Shown here piece after piece: positions 34,403 through 44,174 of a DNA stretch of 64,000 nucleotides (positions are counted from its first letter, which is position 1; the number at the start of each line of letters is the position of its first letter). The notes under the pieces are model-generated. The model saw only the letters and a program-made list of their open reading frames with translations, ran no database searches and was not told the DNA's origin. Origin of the DNA: an uncultured Chloroflexia bacterium (GTDB taxonomy: Bacteria > Chloroflexota > Chloroflexia > DTKN01). A program made the translations under genes and the position numbers. Location: NCBI GenBank assembly GCA_964592645.1, contig CAZQFV010000016.1, positions 2,282-66,281 on the forward strand. The letters run 5' to 3'.

Positions 34403-35292
34403 GGTTCGGCATCCTGGATCATGCTATGGACAATCAGGTACCCCAGGCCCATCGCCCCGGCCACCAGCAGGATGAGGATCTGCCCGGCGGGGCTACTTTG
34501 AAACTGGTGGACCATCGGGTCGCTGCTCAGAAAGAAATAGGCCCCGACGGCCAGCAGCGGTGTGATCTTCATCAGGAAGCGCTGCTCGGACAGGCTGGTC
34601 TGGATCTCGGCGCGCATCTCCAGGTTCGCGCGCGTCTCGGCCGCCTTCGACGCCAGGATGTCGAGCATGTCCGGTCCAGCTCGTTGGAAGACGAGCAACG
34701 TTCCCGCCAGGCGCACCAGGTCCTGGTTGCGGGCCCGCTCCTGCAGGCGCTGCAGACCGACCTCGATCGCTCCGCCGGCCGCCTCGGTGTCCACCAGCAC
34801 CCGGTCGAACTCGCGCGCAAGCAGGCTGCCCGGATTGACCCGTTTGAGCGCCGCCGACACGTCCTGCAGGGCCGGCCGCACCGAGCGCTGCACCCGCAGC
34901 GCCCCGGCAATATCCTCCGACGCCCCGGGCAGTTCCTGGGCCAAGAGCTTGGCCTGGCGGTCGATCTCCCAGCCCAGCCACCATAGCGGCAGGAACGAGC
35001 CGACCACTCCCAGCACCAGAGCGAAGCCCACCGGCACCTGCGCCACCAGGGCCAGGATGAGCAGCACCACCCCCACCACCAGGCGGAGCAGGGCAAAGGT
35101 CGGCGCCGACATCCGGACGCCGATGGTGTTCAGCTTGTCCTCGACTCGCTGCCCCCGACGCGCCGGCCTGACCGCCTCCGGGAGCAGCGTGCCGGCCGGC
35201 GCCGGCACCGCCGCCGGGGCCCGTTCGACGATCAGCCAGCGGGCCAGCACGAATACCGCCGCGCCGGCGAGCAACGCAATCAGCAAGACCAC
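34399..35292 (-). CDS. tadB: TadB-like type II secretion system F-family membrane protein
   Basis: GTG at 35292 lies 5 nt after GGAGGTG. The organisation is T2SSF-like. Confidence 0.75.
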   Translation of the reverse strand: MVLLIALLAGAAVFVLARWLIVERAPAAVPAPAGTLLPEAVRPARRGQRVEDKLNTIGVRMSAPTFALLRLVVGVVLLILALVAQVPVGFALVLGVVGSFLPLWWLGWEIDRQAKLLAQELPGASEDIAGALRVQRSVRPALQDVSAALKRVNPGSLLAREFDRVLVDTEAAGGAIEVGLQRLQERARNQDLVRLAGTLLVFQRAGPDMLDILASKAAETRANLEMRAEIQTSLSEQRFLMKITPLLAVGAYFFLSSDPMVHQFQSSPAGQILILLVAGAMGLGYLIVHSMIQDAEP

Positions 35293-35305
35293 GGCATCAC
35301 CTCCG

Positions 35306-36679
35306 TCACTCTTCTGCCGCCGGCCCGAACTCCCAGGCCAGCCGGCCGATCCAGCGCGGGTCCTCCGCCTGGACCCAGGCTTCCTGCTCGGGGTCGAAGC
35401 GAAAGATATCCCGCAGGTACACGTCGCCCTTGCGCAGGTGCGGCTCGACCTCGCAGATGCGTGTGACCACCCGGCGGGACGTGCCCGGTAGAAAGCCGAT
35501 GTGCACCACCAGGCGGACGGCCATGGCGAAGCGTTCCTTGGCCGCTTCCTTGTTGCCGGAATAGTACCCGGCCCCCTGCGCCAGGTTGACGATCATCCGC
35601 GGGGTATCGTAGGCCGACTCGGTGTGCACGGTCGTCATGCCATAGTGCCCGGTGGAGAGCGCCCGCAGCGCCTGGTAGGCGGCCTCGCCGTCGCGGATTT
35701 CGCCGGGGATCAGCCACTGCGGGCTCTGCCGCAGGGCGTTGCGCACTAGCGTTCCCAGGCCGATCTCGCCCTTGCCCTCCAGGTTGGCCGGCCGCGCCTC
35801 CATCGCTACCCAGTTGTAGGCGGGGCCGAGCAGCAACTCGTGCGTGTCCTCGACGGTGACGACGCGCTCCCCGGGCGGGATAAAGGTGCAGAGGACGTTC
35901 AGAAAGGTCGTCTTGCCGGTCTTGGTGCCGCCGGCGACGACGATGTTGGTATGGCGGCGCACGGCGTCGGCCAGGAAATCGGCCATCTCCTGGTTGAGCG
36001 TCCGCCATTGCAGCAGGTCCGCCAGCGCGGGCAGCTCCTGCGTCCAGAAGCGGACGTTGATCGAAGGGTACTCGCCCACCGCGACCGGCGCAAGCGCCAC
36101 GTTGAAGCGCGCCCCCGAGGCAAAACCCCGGGTGCGCGGGATGCGGCCGTCCTCGATGGGGTGCATCTCGTTGGCCGTGCGGTTGACCAGCTCCAGAATG
36201 CGCGCCGCGGCATTGCGGGCCTGGTCCGGCGTGCATTGGAAAGAATGGTCCTCGCTCCAGCCGGGCTGGCCGCGGATGGACAGCCACAGCCGGCCGTCGG
36301 GATTGAGCGCCAGTTCCTCCAGGTCGGTGCGGTACGGCGGCATATAGTCCTGAAGGATGCCCAGGCCGATGACCCGATTGACCACCGCCCGCACCAACCG
36401 CTCTTCCTGCTGGCGGGTCAGGTGCAGGTCGCGCCGGGCGATGATCTGCGAGATCAGCCGGTAGGCTGCTTCCTCGAAGCGCTGGCGGTTCTCGGGGCTC
36501 TTGTCGCCGAACTCGCCGCTGGTGAACTGCTTCTTCAGGCCGGTGACGATCTCTTCGCTCACCTCGCGCAGCAGTTCCTCGGAGAGGGGGGCCGGCGCCG
36601 TTCCGGTTCCGTAGACCCCCATGCCCACTTGCAGGAACAGATCGCCCAGCGCTTCGCCGCTTTCCGGGTGTTCGCTCAT
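35306..36679 (-). CDS. cpaF: CpaF/TadA (VirB11/T2SS-E family) secretion ATPase
   Basis: Walker A VVAGGTKTGKTTFLN. Also VVTVEDTHEL, IPGEIRDGEA and a His box GHYGMTTVH. Confidence 0.9.
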   Translation of the reverse strand: MSEHPESGEALGDLFLQVGMGVYGTGTAPAPLSEELLREVSEEIVTGLKKQFTSGEFGDKSPENRQRFEEAAYRLISQIIARRDLHLTRQQEERLVRAVVNRVIGLGILQDYMPPYRTDLEELALNPDGRLWLSIRGQPGWSEDHSFQCTPDQARNAAARILELVNRTANEMHPIEDGRIPRTRGFASGARFNVALAPVAVGEYPSINVRFWTQELPALADLLQWRTLNQEMADFLADAVRRHTNIVVAGGTKTGKTTFLNVLCTFIPPGERVVTVEDTHELLLGPAYNWVAMEARPANLEGKGEIGLGTLVRNALRQSPQWLIPGEIRDGEAAYQALRALSTGHYGMTTVHTESAYDTPRMIVNLAQGAGYYSGNKEAAKERFAMAVRLVVHIGFLPGTSRRVVTRICEVEPHLRKGDVYLRDIFRFDPEQEAWVQAEDPRWIGRLAWEFGPAAEE

Positions 36680-36688
36680 CCGCTTCCC

Positions 36689-38047
36689 CTATCCCAGCAA
36701 CCGGGCAAGCAGGCCCTGTTTCTTCTGCTGCGGGGCGAGGGCCGGCAGCGCCGTCCCGGCAAAGATGCTGGCTACCACCGCCTGCACGCCCTCCATCAAG
36801 ACCCCGCCCCGCGCCGGGTTCCCCGGCTCCAGCAGGCGCACCGGCGTCGTCTTGGCCGGGTCGAAATAGTCCTGGAGCTCGCGCAGCGAGGGGTCGAAGC
36901 GGACCACCGCCAGGTTGGGCGGACACCAACTGGCAAAGGTCTCGGGGAAGATCCCCGAGGCAAAGGCCTGGGCCAGGTAGGTCGGGTTGACGAGGTCGCC
37001 CTCGCGGGCCATGTTCAGGATGGTAAAGATGCTCTCCCGCGGCACCAGTTCTTTGCCACCGTCGTTCAGCGTCAGGAGGGCGTGCGTCCCAAAGACCAGT
37101 TGGTCCACGTGGACGCGGGTCGGGCAGAGGACGGTCAGCACGACGTTGGCCCGGCGGAGCGGGTCGATGCTCCACGGTTCCTTGGTGTGCGGCAGGTCCA
37201 TCACGATGCAGGGGAAGCGCTCCCGGGCCTGGTAGACCAGGTCGCGCAGCAGCAGCTTGCTCTCGGCCATCGCGTTCATGGCCTCGATCTCGTTGCGCGG
37301 GGCCAGCATCACCGGCCAGTCGCCGAACTTTTGGATGCTGGACAGAAACCCTTCCAGGTTCGGCCGGCGCAGGTATTGCAGCATGTCGGCCGGCTCACCC
37401 AACCCCAGGTAGAAGCGCAGCGCATCCTGCCGGCAAAAGCCCATCAGGAGACAGGGCACGCCCATGGTGTTGATGACCTGCCACAGAGCCACGGCCAGGG
37501 TGCTCTTGCCCACCCCGCCCGACCAGGACATGAGGGCGATGACCTTCTGGTGGGGCATGGCGACCGGGGCGGCCGTCGTGCGCGGCCCCGGTTGCGCCGC
37601 CATCATGGGCGCCATCTCCACCACCTGCCGGCGCCGCTCAAAGCCCAGCTCGGCCGTCCGGGCCACCACCGCCTGGGCGTTGACCGGCCGGACCAGCACC
37701 TCGCGCACGCCCGGCAGCGCGGCGAAGCGGGGGCGCAGCTCCGCCTGGTCGGGGTCCAGCACGACCACGAATACGGTGTCCAGGCTGGCCTGCCGGATCG
37801 CTTCAAACTTTTCGAAACCGACGCCGCGCACGGCCAAACCCGGGCGGTCGCGGTTGTCCACCATGTTGCCGTCCAGGATGCAGGCCTCGGGCTTGGCCTC
37901 GCGCAGGAACCGCTCCAACTGATCGGGTGAGGTGCAGATCGAAGCCAGGGCCACGTCGGGGTAGGCCTGGGCCAGGCGCAGGAAATCGCCGAAATCGGCG
38001 CCCCCCGAGTTGGCCAGCATCAGGCTGATTGTCTTCGGTTTTTCCAT
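36689..38047 (-). CDS. cpaE: CpaE-like protein: receiver-like N-domain + MinD/ParA-type ATPase
   Basis: Deviant Walker A SWSGGVGKSTLAVAL. The ATG overlaps the cpaB stop by 1 nt. Confidence 0.75.
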   Translation of the reverse strand: MEKPKTISLMLANSGGADFGDFLRLAQAYPDVALASICTSPDQLERFLREAKPEACILDGNMVDNRDRPGLAVRGVGFEKFEAIRQASLDTVFVVVLDPDQAELRPRFAALPGVREVLVRPVNAQAVVARTAELGFERRRQVVEMAPMMAAQPGPRTTAAPVAMPHQKVIALMSWSGGVGKSTLAVALWQVINTMGVPCLLMGFCRQDALRFYLGLGEPADMLQYLRRPNLEGFLSSIQKFGDWPVMLAPRNEIEAMNAMAESKLLLRDLVYQARERFPCIVMDLPHTKEPWSIDPLRRANVVLTVLCPTRVHVDQLVFGTHALLTLNDGGKELVPRESIFTILNMAREGDLVNPTYLAQAFASGIFPETFASWCPPNLAVVRFDPSLRELQDYFDPAKTTPVRLLEPGNPARGGVLMEGVQAVVASIFAGTALPALAPQQKKQGLLARLLG

Positions 38048-38877
38048 CAGGGCCTCTCCGCCGGCGGCTTCAGGATAGCCAGGAGCGCCGCCAGGTCGAG
38101 CGGTGCGACGGCCACATCTTGGGCATCGGGCGGGCGCAGCACCAGATGCAGCGTGGCCTTGGCATTCAGCATGGCCAGCAGTTCTACCGGGCTCAACTCC
38201 TGTGGGGGCACAAACTGGCCGGTGAGGGTGTCGGTGTAGCCGGCCGTGATAGCCAACGGCGCCAGCAGCACGTCGAGCACGACCGTGTTCTGCTCGGACT
38301 GCCGGCTATCGGTCTGCCCCGCCGGGAGCACCCCTTCGAGGTTGTGCTCCGTGACCGGCGCTTCCTGGTAGCGAAAGGCCTGCGGCACTACCAGCACGCG
38401 TGCCCCGCGCACGACGACCGCCGTCACGGAGGATCCGGCCCCCACCCCGCCGCTGTCCACCGTGGCCACCACATCCACCAGGTCGCCGGCCCGTAGCACC
38501 CCCAGCACCCCTGTCGCCCGGGTCACGTCCACGGCGATGGCCCGGTGGTCGGGGGCCAGGCCGGCGGCGATGGCCGAGCCGCCGGTGTTGCCCACCATCT
38601 CGGCGGTGACCTGGTCGCCGACCACCCGCTGCACCTGGAGGATCTTACCCACCAGCGCGGCCGGGTCTTGCGCCGCGTTCGGCAGCACCGCAGAGGGGTG
38701 CACGTTCTTCACCTCCAGCACGTCCGCCGTGAGGACCGACCCGGCCTCCAGATAGGTCGTGCTCACCACTACCGGGACCTGTTTGTTCAGGCTGCTCAGG
38801 AAGAGCGCCGTCAGCACAAAGGCCACCACGGCCAGGCCGATGACCAGTAGAAATCGCGACGTTCCTTTCTTGCCCAT
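38047..38877 (-). CDS. cpaB: CpaB/RcpC-like Flp pilus assembly protein (SAF domain)
   Basis: ATG at 38877 follows GAGGAGGA. It has an N-terminal TM helix, then VPVVVSTTYLEAGSVLTADVLEVKNV (SAF-like). Confidence 0.7.
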   Translation of the reverse strand: MGKKGTSRFLLVIGLAVVAFVLTALFLSSLNKQVPVVVSTTYLEAGSVLTADVLEVKNVHPSAVLPNAAQDPAALVGKILQVQRVVGDQVTAEMVGNTGGSAIAAGLAPDHRAIAVDVTRATGVLGVLRAGDLVDVVATVDSGGVGAGSSVTAVVVRGARVLVVPQAFRYQEAPVTEHNLEGVLPAGQTDSRQSEQNTVVLDVLLAPLAITAGYTDTLTGQFVPPQELSPVELLAMLNAKATLHLVLRPPDAQDVAVAPLDLAALLAILKPPAERP

Positions 38878-38890
38878 GGACCGTTCCTCC

Positions 38891-41800
38891 TCAACTGTTT
38901 CCGACCGGATCGAACCCGGCCAGCTCTGTGTCTCCCGGCTCCGCACCGGCGAGCATGCGCGTGCGCACCAGGCTGGGCTCCAGCAGGACCTCGTCGGTCG
39001 AGCGCCCCAGGACTACCACGGCCTCGCCCACCGGCAGGCGGGAGAGGTGCATCAGGTACTCAGGAGCGACCAGGCCGGCCGAGACCTTGGCCATCGCCTC
39101 GACCAGGATCTGCCGGTCGGGGCCGACCTTGAGGCGGAAGACGTAAAAGTTCATACAACTGCTGACGATCTCGAGCGGAAAGGCCGAGGGCGACTGCCCC
39201 AGCCACATCAAGAAGATGCCGTACTTGCGGCTGTCGCGGGCCAGGCTGGAGAAGAGTTCCGATGTCGAGGCTGCCGCCCCCTGGTTGTTCTTCTGCGCCG
39301 GGTTGACGACGACCTTGTTGGCTTCCTCGATGGCCAGAATGAAGCAAGGGGCATCACGGCCGTTGCCCAGGCTGCGGCGGTAGCGCACCCGGCCGGCCTC
39401 ATAGATCTGGGCGATCATTAACCCAAACAGGATGGCCTTTTCCGTCTCGCCCATCGTGCCGCCCTCAAAGACGGCGATCCGGTCGGGAAACATCACCCGG
39501 GTGATGTCGAACGGCGCTTCGTCCTCTTCGAGCGCGGCGTACATCCGCGCCAGCCGGCCCTGGGCCAGCACGCCCAGGCGGTTGAGGATGCCCTGCAAGG
39601 CCTCGACGTCCCGGGCCTGCTTGCGGCCTTCTTTCGCTGCCAGCAGCCCGCGCAGCGCCCGGTACCAGCGGCCGAAATCGACCGGTCGGCTGCGCCGGCA
39701 GGCGACGCGATGGCGGACCCGCTCCGCGCAGTCCTGCAGATAGATGCGGCCGTCGGCCCGGGGGGCGGGTAGCGCGTACCCCTCCACTTCCAGGCGGGCC
39801 ACCTCGGTGGGACCCAGGCGCGAACGCTCCAGGCGCGCCGCGTGCTCCTCCTCCGCGTTCTGGCGGCGCCTGGCGCCGATCTCGGGTGGGGTGGGGTCCA
39901 GCTGCTCCACGTCAAAGGTCAGCGCGCCCTCGTCCAGGTACATCTGGCGCAGCGTGTCCCGCAGAAAGCCCTTCTGCCGCTCTCCCAGGCCGCCGGCGTT
40001 GCAGATCACGTCCACCGTCATGGCCATTTGCGCCTCGGGGTCCACGTCCAGGATGAACTGCAGCGGGTTCCAGCGCACCGGCCGTGGGCCGCCCGGGTAC
40101 AGGCTGTGGTAGACGAAGCGCTCCGGCGGAACGACCCGCACCATCTTGCGATAGTTCAGGCCCCAGTCAAAGACCACGGCCGGCATCGCCCAGCGCTGGT
40201 TCATCTCCTGCAGCAGGTGCATCGTCGCTTCGCTCTTGCCGTAGCCCGAGTCGCCAAAGATGCCGAAATGCCCCATGCGCTCGCGGGTCAGGAGATACGG
40301 CACGTCCAGCTCCTCGCCCGTCTCGTAGGAGATAAACTGCCCCAGGCTCACCACGTCCTGGCGCTCGCTCGCTATGCCCAGCAGGCCGGGACCGTAGACG
40401 GCGTAGGGCGGGATGGCCTCCTTGGTGGTCGTGGCCCGGCCGCCTTCAAAGACCGCCGGGGAGACCAGGGCGGCAAAGTGGAGCATGGGCAGCATGTTGC
40501 CAAAGCGCAGCCCCTCAAAGACCCCGAGGGAGCGTTCCTGGTGGGGAGGGGGCGAGAAGGAGAGCAGCCAAGGCCGGACGTTCTGGACTTCTTCGGAGGA
40601 AAGCACCAGCGCCCGCGCCGGCGTCACCACGTTGTCGGTCTGCCCGTGAAAGGCCAGGGCATAGAGGCCGGCCGCGGCCCGCAGCGCCTCGGCCGAGGGG
40701 AAGAACCAGAACGATTCCGACATGTACGCCCCGGTCAACATCATCTCGTCCAGGAGGCTCAGGCCGCGCTCAAAGAGGTTGGCCACGGCCTGGGCGGTGG
40801 CATCTTTCCACATGTACGACTTGACCAGCGAGAGGCCGGCCGACACCCCGGTGGACATGCCTCCGGCCTGCGTCACCACCCGCGCCAGGCCCGTCCCGAT
40901 GCTCGTGCCGTCGGCCACCCCTTGCGATGTCGTGTCGCCCACGCTCTTGCCTTCCTGGTGCGACCAGGCTTCGCTCTCGGTGTCGGTGACGCTGCGGCTC
41001 TCGGCGTGGCTCTCCGATGCGGTGTCGGAGACGCTGCGCTCGTGCGTGGCCCCGGAAGCCCACATCGTGGAAACGGCCAGCCCCTGCGAGGTGGAGGCTT
41101 CCCGCGAGACGGTGTCGCTCTCCGAGCGCGTGTCGGAGTGGGTCTCGCCGTCCGTCGTGCCGTGGGTGGAGGAGCTCATCGAGGCATGGGCGGTGGTTGT
41201 CTGGTCCACGATGACGCTCTCGGAGTGGGCGACGTTTGTCCCCGTCGTCTGGGATTGGGACGCGGTATCTTGGGTAGACGCGGTGTGTGTGTCGGAGCTG
41301 CCTGTCCCTCCCGAGAGGCCGAATGTACCCGATGCCTGGCGGCTGTCGGTGTGCTGGGTACCGCTCCCGACCGCGGTGGCCTCCCCCGTGGCCTCGGAAC
41401 GGTTCCAGGTGTGGTGGTAATCGGCCGTGGCCCCGACGCTGGCGATGCCGGGGACGCCTCCGCTGACCGAGACGCTGCCGCCGGCCGTGTCGGCGCTGCC
41501 CTCGGTGGAGGTGCGGCTGCTGGTGTGCTGGGTGGTGGCACTCTGCCCGTCCGCGCTGCCGTGGCCGACCGTGGCGCTGGCCTGCCAACCGCTCTGGCTG
41601 GATTCGCCGCGGGCGTCGGACGCCCCTTGCGCATGGCTCGTGCCCTGGGTGGTCGTGTGGATCTGCGTCACCCCGGTCGTCTCGGTGCGCCCGGTGGTGT
41701 GCGATTCGCTGGAGGAACCGCCGGAGGTGGAAGAGCGCGACACCGCGTGCTCCGTGCCGTCGGTGTGGGCCGTCCCCACGCTGTGGGCCGTGCCCTCTGC

Positions 41801-42928
41801 CTGCGCCGTGCCGGCCGACTCGGTGCGGCTGCCCCCGGCAGAGGACATGGTTCCGTGGGACTCGCCTTCGGTATGGGCCCGGCCCTGGGTGTCGGTGACC
41901 GTGGTCCCGACGGCGTGGGCCGTCCCGTGGGTGTAGCCGTCGGCGATGGAGGTGCCCTCGCTGTGCGCCGTGCCCGCGCTGATGACGTGCGAGCGACCCT
42001 CCTCGTAGGAGGTGCTGCGGCCGGCCGTGTCCATGCCGGAAAAGACGGTGGGGATGGCAAAGTTCAGGGCGACGCTCTTTTGCCCCTGCACGCGGCTGAG
42101 CCAGATGCTGGCCTCCTCCCGCCAGCGCTGCTGCAGGCGGAAGATGGCCTCGCGGGGAATGCCCCAGGCCAACGTCACGCAGGCAAAGTCCAGGAGCGCG
42201 CGCTGCAGGCCGCGAAAGATGAGCTCGTTCTGTTCCAGCGTCTCCTCGGCCCGTGCTTCTGCTTTGCCCCCGGCAGTTCTTTCCCCGATCGCCCGCGTGC
42301 CCTGCTCGCGCGGGTCGGGCTGGCCGATGGCCACAAAGGCGTGGGTGAACCCGGCCAGCGATCGGGCAACGAAATCCCGCTCTTCCTCGGCCATCGGCAC
42401 GAAGCGCGACTGCGGGATTGTGCGCAGGTTGGCCAGGAGCGCGGTAAAAGCCTCGCTGCCCCGCGCGATGGCCTCCTCCGCGGTCGCCGCCGTCCCCTGC
42501 GCGGCGTACACCTGCACCAGGCCCAGCGGGCGCTCGCCCAGTTGCCCAAACATCCCGGCCACGATCACCAGCAGGTTGACGTCGGCGTTGTACAGGCCCT
42601 TGAGCATCCGGGCGGAGCGCTGCAGCACGGTGGTCTGGTCGCGCATCTGGCGGGGGAGGTATTCCAGGACGGTGGGAAAGACGGCCTTGTACCAGGGCCG
42701 GCCGTCCGCGCCCAGGCCCAGCACCGGGTCCACGCCGGCGACCTGCAGCAAAAAGTAGCGCAGCCGGCCGCCGCCCCGTACCGAGTCGAGCACCGGGGTC
42801 ACCCCCAGCACGGCCGGCGCCGGGATGGCCGGCGCAACCTCGTCCCAGCCGAGGAGGGTAATCCCGGCCCGGACGATCTTGCTCTGCCGCGCGCCCTGGA
42901 CCAGCCGGTCCAGGAAGGTCACCGCCAT
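38891..42928 (-). CDS. 1345-aa FtsK/HerA/VirB4-class ATPase with an unknown N-domain and a ~400-aa low-complexity insert
   Basis: ATG at 42928 follows GAGAGGA. Walker A GIFGDSGYGKSE and Walker B CFILAIEEANK are present. The ARDSRKYGIFLMWLGQSP segment is typical of DUF87/VirB4/HerA-type NTPases. Confidence 0.8.
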   Translation of the reverse strand: MAVTFLDRLVQGARQSKIVRAGITLLGWDEVAPAIPAPAVLGVTPVLDSVRGGGRLRYFLLQVAGVDPVLGLGADGRPWYKAVFPTVLEYLPRQMRDQTTVLQRSARMLKGLYNADVNLLVIVAGMFGQLGERPLGLVQVYAAQGTAATAEEAIARGSEAFTALLANLRTIPQSRFVPMAEEERDFVARSLAGFTHAFVAIGQPDPREQGTRAIGERTAGGKAEARAEETLEQNELIFRGLQRALLDFACVTLAWGIPREAIFRLQQRWREEASIWLSRVQGQKSVALNFAIPTVFSGMDTAGRSTSYEEGRSHVISAGTAHSEGTSIADGYTHGTAHAVGTTVTDTQGRAHTEGESHGTMSSAGGSRTESAGTAQAEGTAHSVGTAHTDGTEHAVSRSSTSGGSSSESHTTGRTETTGVTQIHTTTQGTSHAQGASDARGESSQSGWQASATVGHGSADGQSATTQHTSSRTSTEGSADTAGGSVSVSGGVPGIASVGATADYHHTWNRSEATGEATAVGSGTQHTDSRQASGTFGLSGGTGSSDTHTASTQDTASQSQTTGTNVAHSESVIVDQTTTAHASMSSSTHGTTDGETHSDTRSESDTVSREASTSQGLAVSTMWASGATHERSVSDTASESHAESRSVTDTESEAWSHQEGKSVGDTTSQGVADGTSIGTGLARVVTQAGGMSTGVSAGLSLVKSYMWKDATAQAVANLFERGLSLLDEMMLTGAYMSESFWFFPSAEALRAAAGLYALAFHGQTDNVVTPARALVLSSEEVQNVRPWLLSFSPPPHQERSLGVFEGLRFGNMLPMLHFAALVSPAVFEGGRATTTKEAIPPYAVYGPGLLGIASERQDVVSLGQFISYETGEELDVPYLLTRERMGHFGIFGDSGYGKSEATMHLLQEMNQRWAMPAVVFDWGLNYRKMVRVVPPERFVYHSLYPGGPRPVRWNPLQFILDVDPEAQMAMTVDVICNAGGLGERQKGFLRDTLRQMYLDEGALTFDVEQLDPTPPEIGARRRQNAEEEHAARLERSRLGPTEVARLEVEGYALPAPRADGRIYLQDCAERVRHRVACRRSRPVDFGRWYRALRGLLAAKEGRKQARDVEALQGILNRLGVLAQGRLARMYAALEEDEAPFDITRVMFPDRIAVFEGGTMGETEKAILFGLMIAQIYEAGRVRYRRSLGNGRDAPCFILAIEEANKVVVNPAQKNNQGAAASTSELFSSLARDSRKYGIFLMWLGQSPSAFPLEIVSSCMNFYVFRLKVGPDRQILVEAMAKVSAGLVAPEYLMHLSRLPVGEAVVVLGRSTDEVLLEPSLVRTRMLAGAEPGDTELAGFDPVGNS
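40829..42031 (-). repeat. coding low-complexity region (Ser/Thr/Gly/His/Ala-rich degenerate repeats; residues ~300-700 of the ATPase)
   Basis: Recurrent units include GTAHSEGTS, GTAHAVGTT, GRAHTEGES and GTAHSVGTAHTDGTEHAV. By inspection there is no Lys or Cys between residues ~300 and ~660. Confidence 0.8.
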
Positions 42929-42940
42929 GGCCGTATCCTC

Positions 42941-43660
42941 TCAAAAGATGCCCCGCTGCCGGCGGCCGACCACGTCGAAGAGGATCTCTTCCAACGTGGC
43001 GAAGCGAAAGGCCGGGCTCTGCCGCAGCACGGTGAACTCTTTCCACACGTAGGTGACGAACCCGCCCGGCACGGCGAACAGGGCCAGGATCAGCAGTGCC
43101 AGGTTGACGTAGCCGGCGTTGCGGGCCAGGACCGAAGCGGCCCCTTCCGGCGAGAGGCCGGTCGAGGCGGCCCACTCGGAGATCGTCCCCAGGTTAAAGG
43201 CCCAGCCGGCCAGTCGCAATACCCAGAGCATGCCGACCTCGCCGAGCACAAAGGTGCGCGTGCGCGAGATCATGTCCGCCCGCTTCATTCGCAGGAGCGC
43301 CGAGGCGGTTCCACCGAGCAGCCACATCAACAGGAGGATCACATCTACGGTGCCGGGGAAGACCAGGGCCGTGACCAGCGCCGCGGCCAGCACCAGGAGC
43401 AGGCGGAGCGTGCGGCGGGCCAGGACCTGCCGGGGCCGGCTGAACGGGTTGGCCGGCCCCGGCCGCAGCCCGCTGATGGCATAGCCCTCCACCTCGGCCT
43501 GCGGCGCTTCCACCAGCCGCACCAGGACCAAAACCAGGGGGATCTGCAGCAGGGCCAGCAGGTTCTCCCAGCAGAAGTAGACCACCAGGAGCAACCCGTT
43601 CAGCAGCGCGATGCCGGCGGTGCGCAGCAGCTCAACTACCGTGTCCAACAGTGCCCCCAC
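42941..43660 (-). CDS. polytopic membrane protein (possible VirB6-like role; function unknown)
   Basis: It has several hydrophobic helices. The start is uncertain: GTG at 43660 lacks an SD, while the TTG four codons downstream has GGGGG upstream. Confidence 0.55.
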   Translation of the reverse strand: MGALLDTVVELLRTAGIALLNGLLLVVYFCWENLLALLQIPLVLVLVRLVEAPQAEVEGYAISGLRPGPANPFSRPRQVLARRTLRLLLVLAAALVTALVFPGTVDVILLLMWLLGGTASALLRMKRADMISRTRTFVLGEVGMLWVLRLAGWAFNLGTISEWAASTGLSPEGAASVLARNAGYVNLALLILALFAVPGGFVTYVWKEFTVLRQSPAFRFATLEEILFDVVGRRQRGIF

Positions 43661-43715
43661 ACGAGAAAGAGCGTCCCCCCATGCCCAGGTGCGGGCACGA
43701 AAACGGGGGACGCTC
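43661..43715 (-). terminator. intra-operon hairpin + U-tract (attenuator/terminator candidate)
   Basis: An 11-bp perfect stem (43670-43680 / 43705-43715) is followed on the minus strand by TTTCTCGTG. Confidence 0.4.
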
Positions 43716-43769
43716 AGGTCCGCGCGTATGCACTTGTCCCGGCGATGACCCCGGTGCCTGGGCCGGCGC

Positions 43770-44162
43770 CTACCACCGGGGAGTCAATTCCCTGATGCCC
43801 AGTATCTCCTGCACTCGATGCGCGTCCAGGGCCTTGCCGGTGGCCAGGTCCACGGGCCGGCCGTCGCAGACACCGACCCGCCATCCTGCCTCATCCAGCC
43901 CATCCTGGAAGAGCAGCGCGTGGTCCACCACCACCAGGCCGGCCGGCCGCCCATCCTGGAAGCGGATGTTGTAGGCCTCGGCCTGGCCCCCGGCGATGCT
44001 GCGGATCCACCGGGTTACCTGGCCCAGTTCGGCGGGTGAAGGCGTATCCAGGCTCACGGTCACGGCCACCAGCGCGGCGCCGCACCGTCCACAGCGCACC
44101 AGCCCATCCCGCACCAGCAGCTTGTTGCACGCCGGGCAGCGCCCCGGTTCCCAGGAGATCAC
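43770..44162 (-). CDS. zinc-ribbon protein
   Basis: GTG at 44162 lies 6 nt after GGAGG. The motif is CPACNKLLVRDGLVRCGRCG. Confidence 0.55.
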   Translation of the reverse strand: MISWEPGRCPACNKLLVRDGLVRCGRCGAALVAVTVSLDTPSPAELGQVTRWIRSIAGGQAEAYNIRFQDGRPAGLVVVDHALLFQDGLDEAGWRVGVCDGRPVDLATGKALDAHRVQEILGIRELTPRW

Positions 44163-44174
44163 GGCCAGCCTCCG

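Noticed and set aside
35280-37175. 631-aa minus-strand ORF overlapping cpaF and cpaE
   Set aside because: It is an off-frame shadow. The cpaF and cpaE frames carry the ATPase motifs.
39842-43795. 1317-aa plus-strand ORF antisense to the giant ATPase and the membrane protein
   Set aside because: It is a shadow ORF with RGPA-rich low-information sequence. The minus-strand frames have Walker motifs, RBSs and operon packing.
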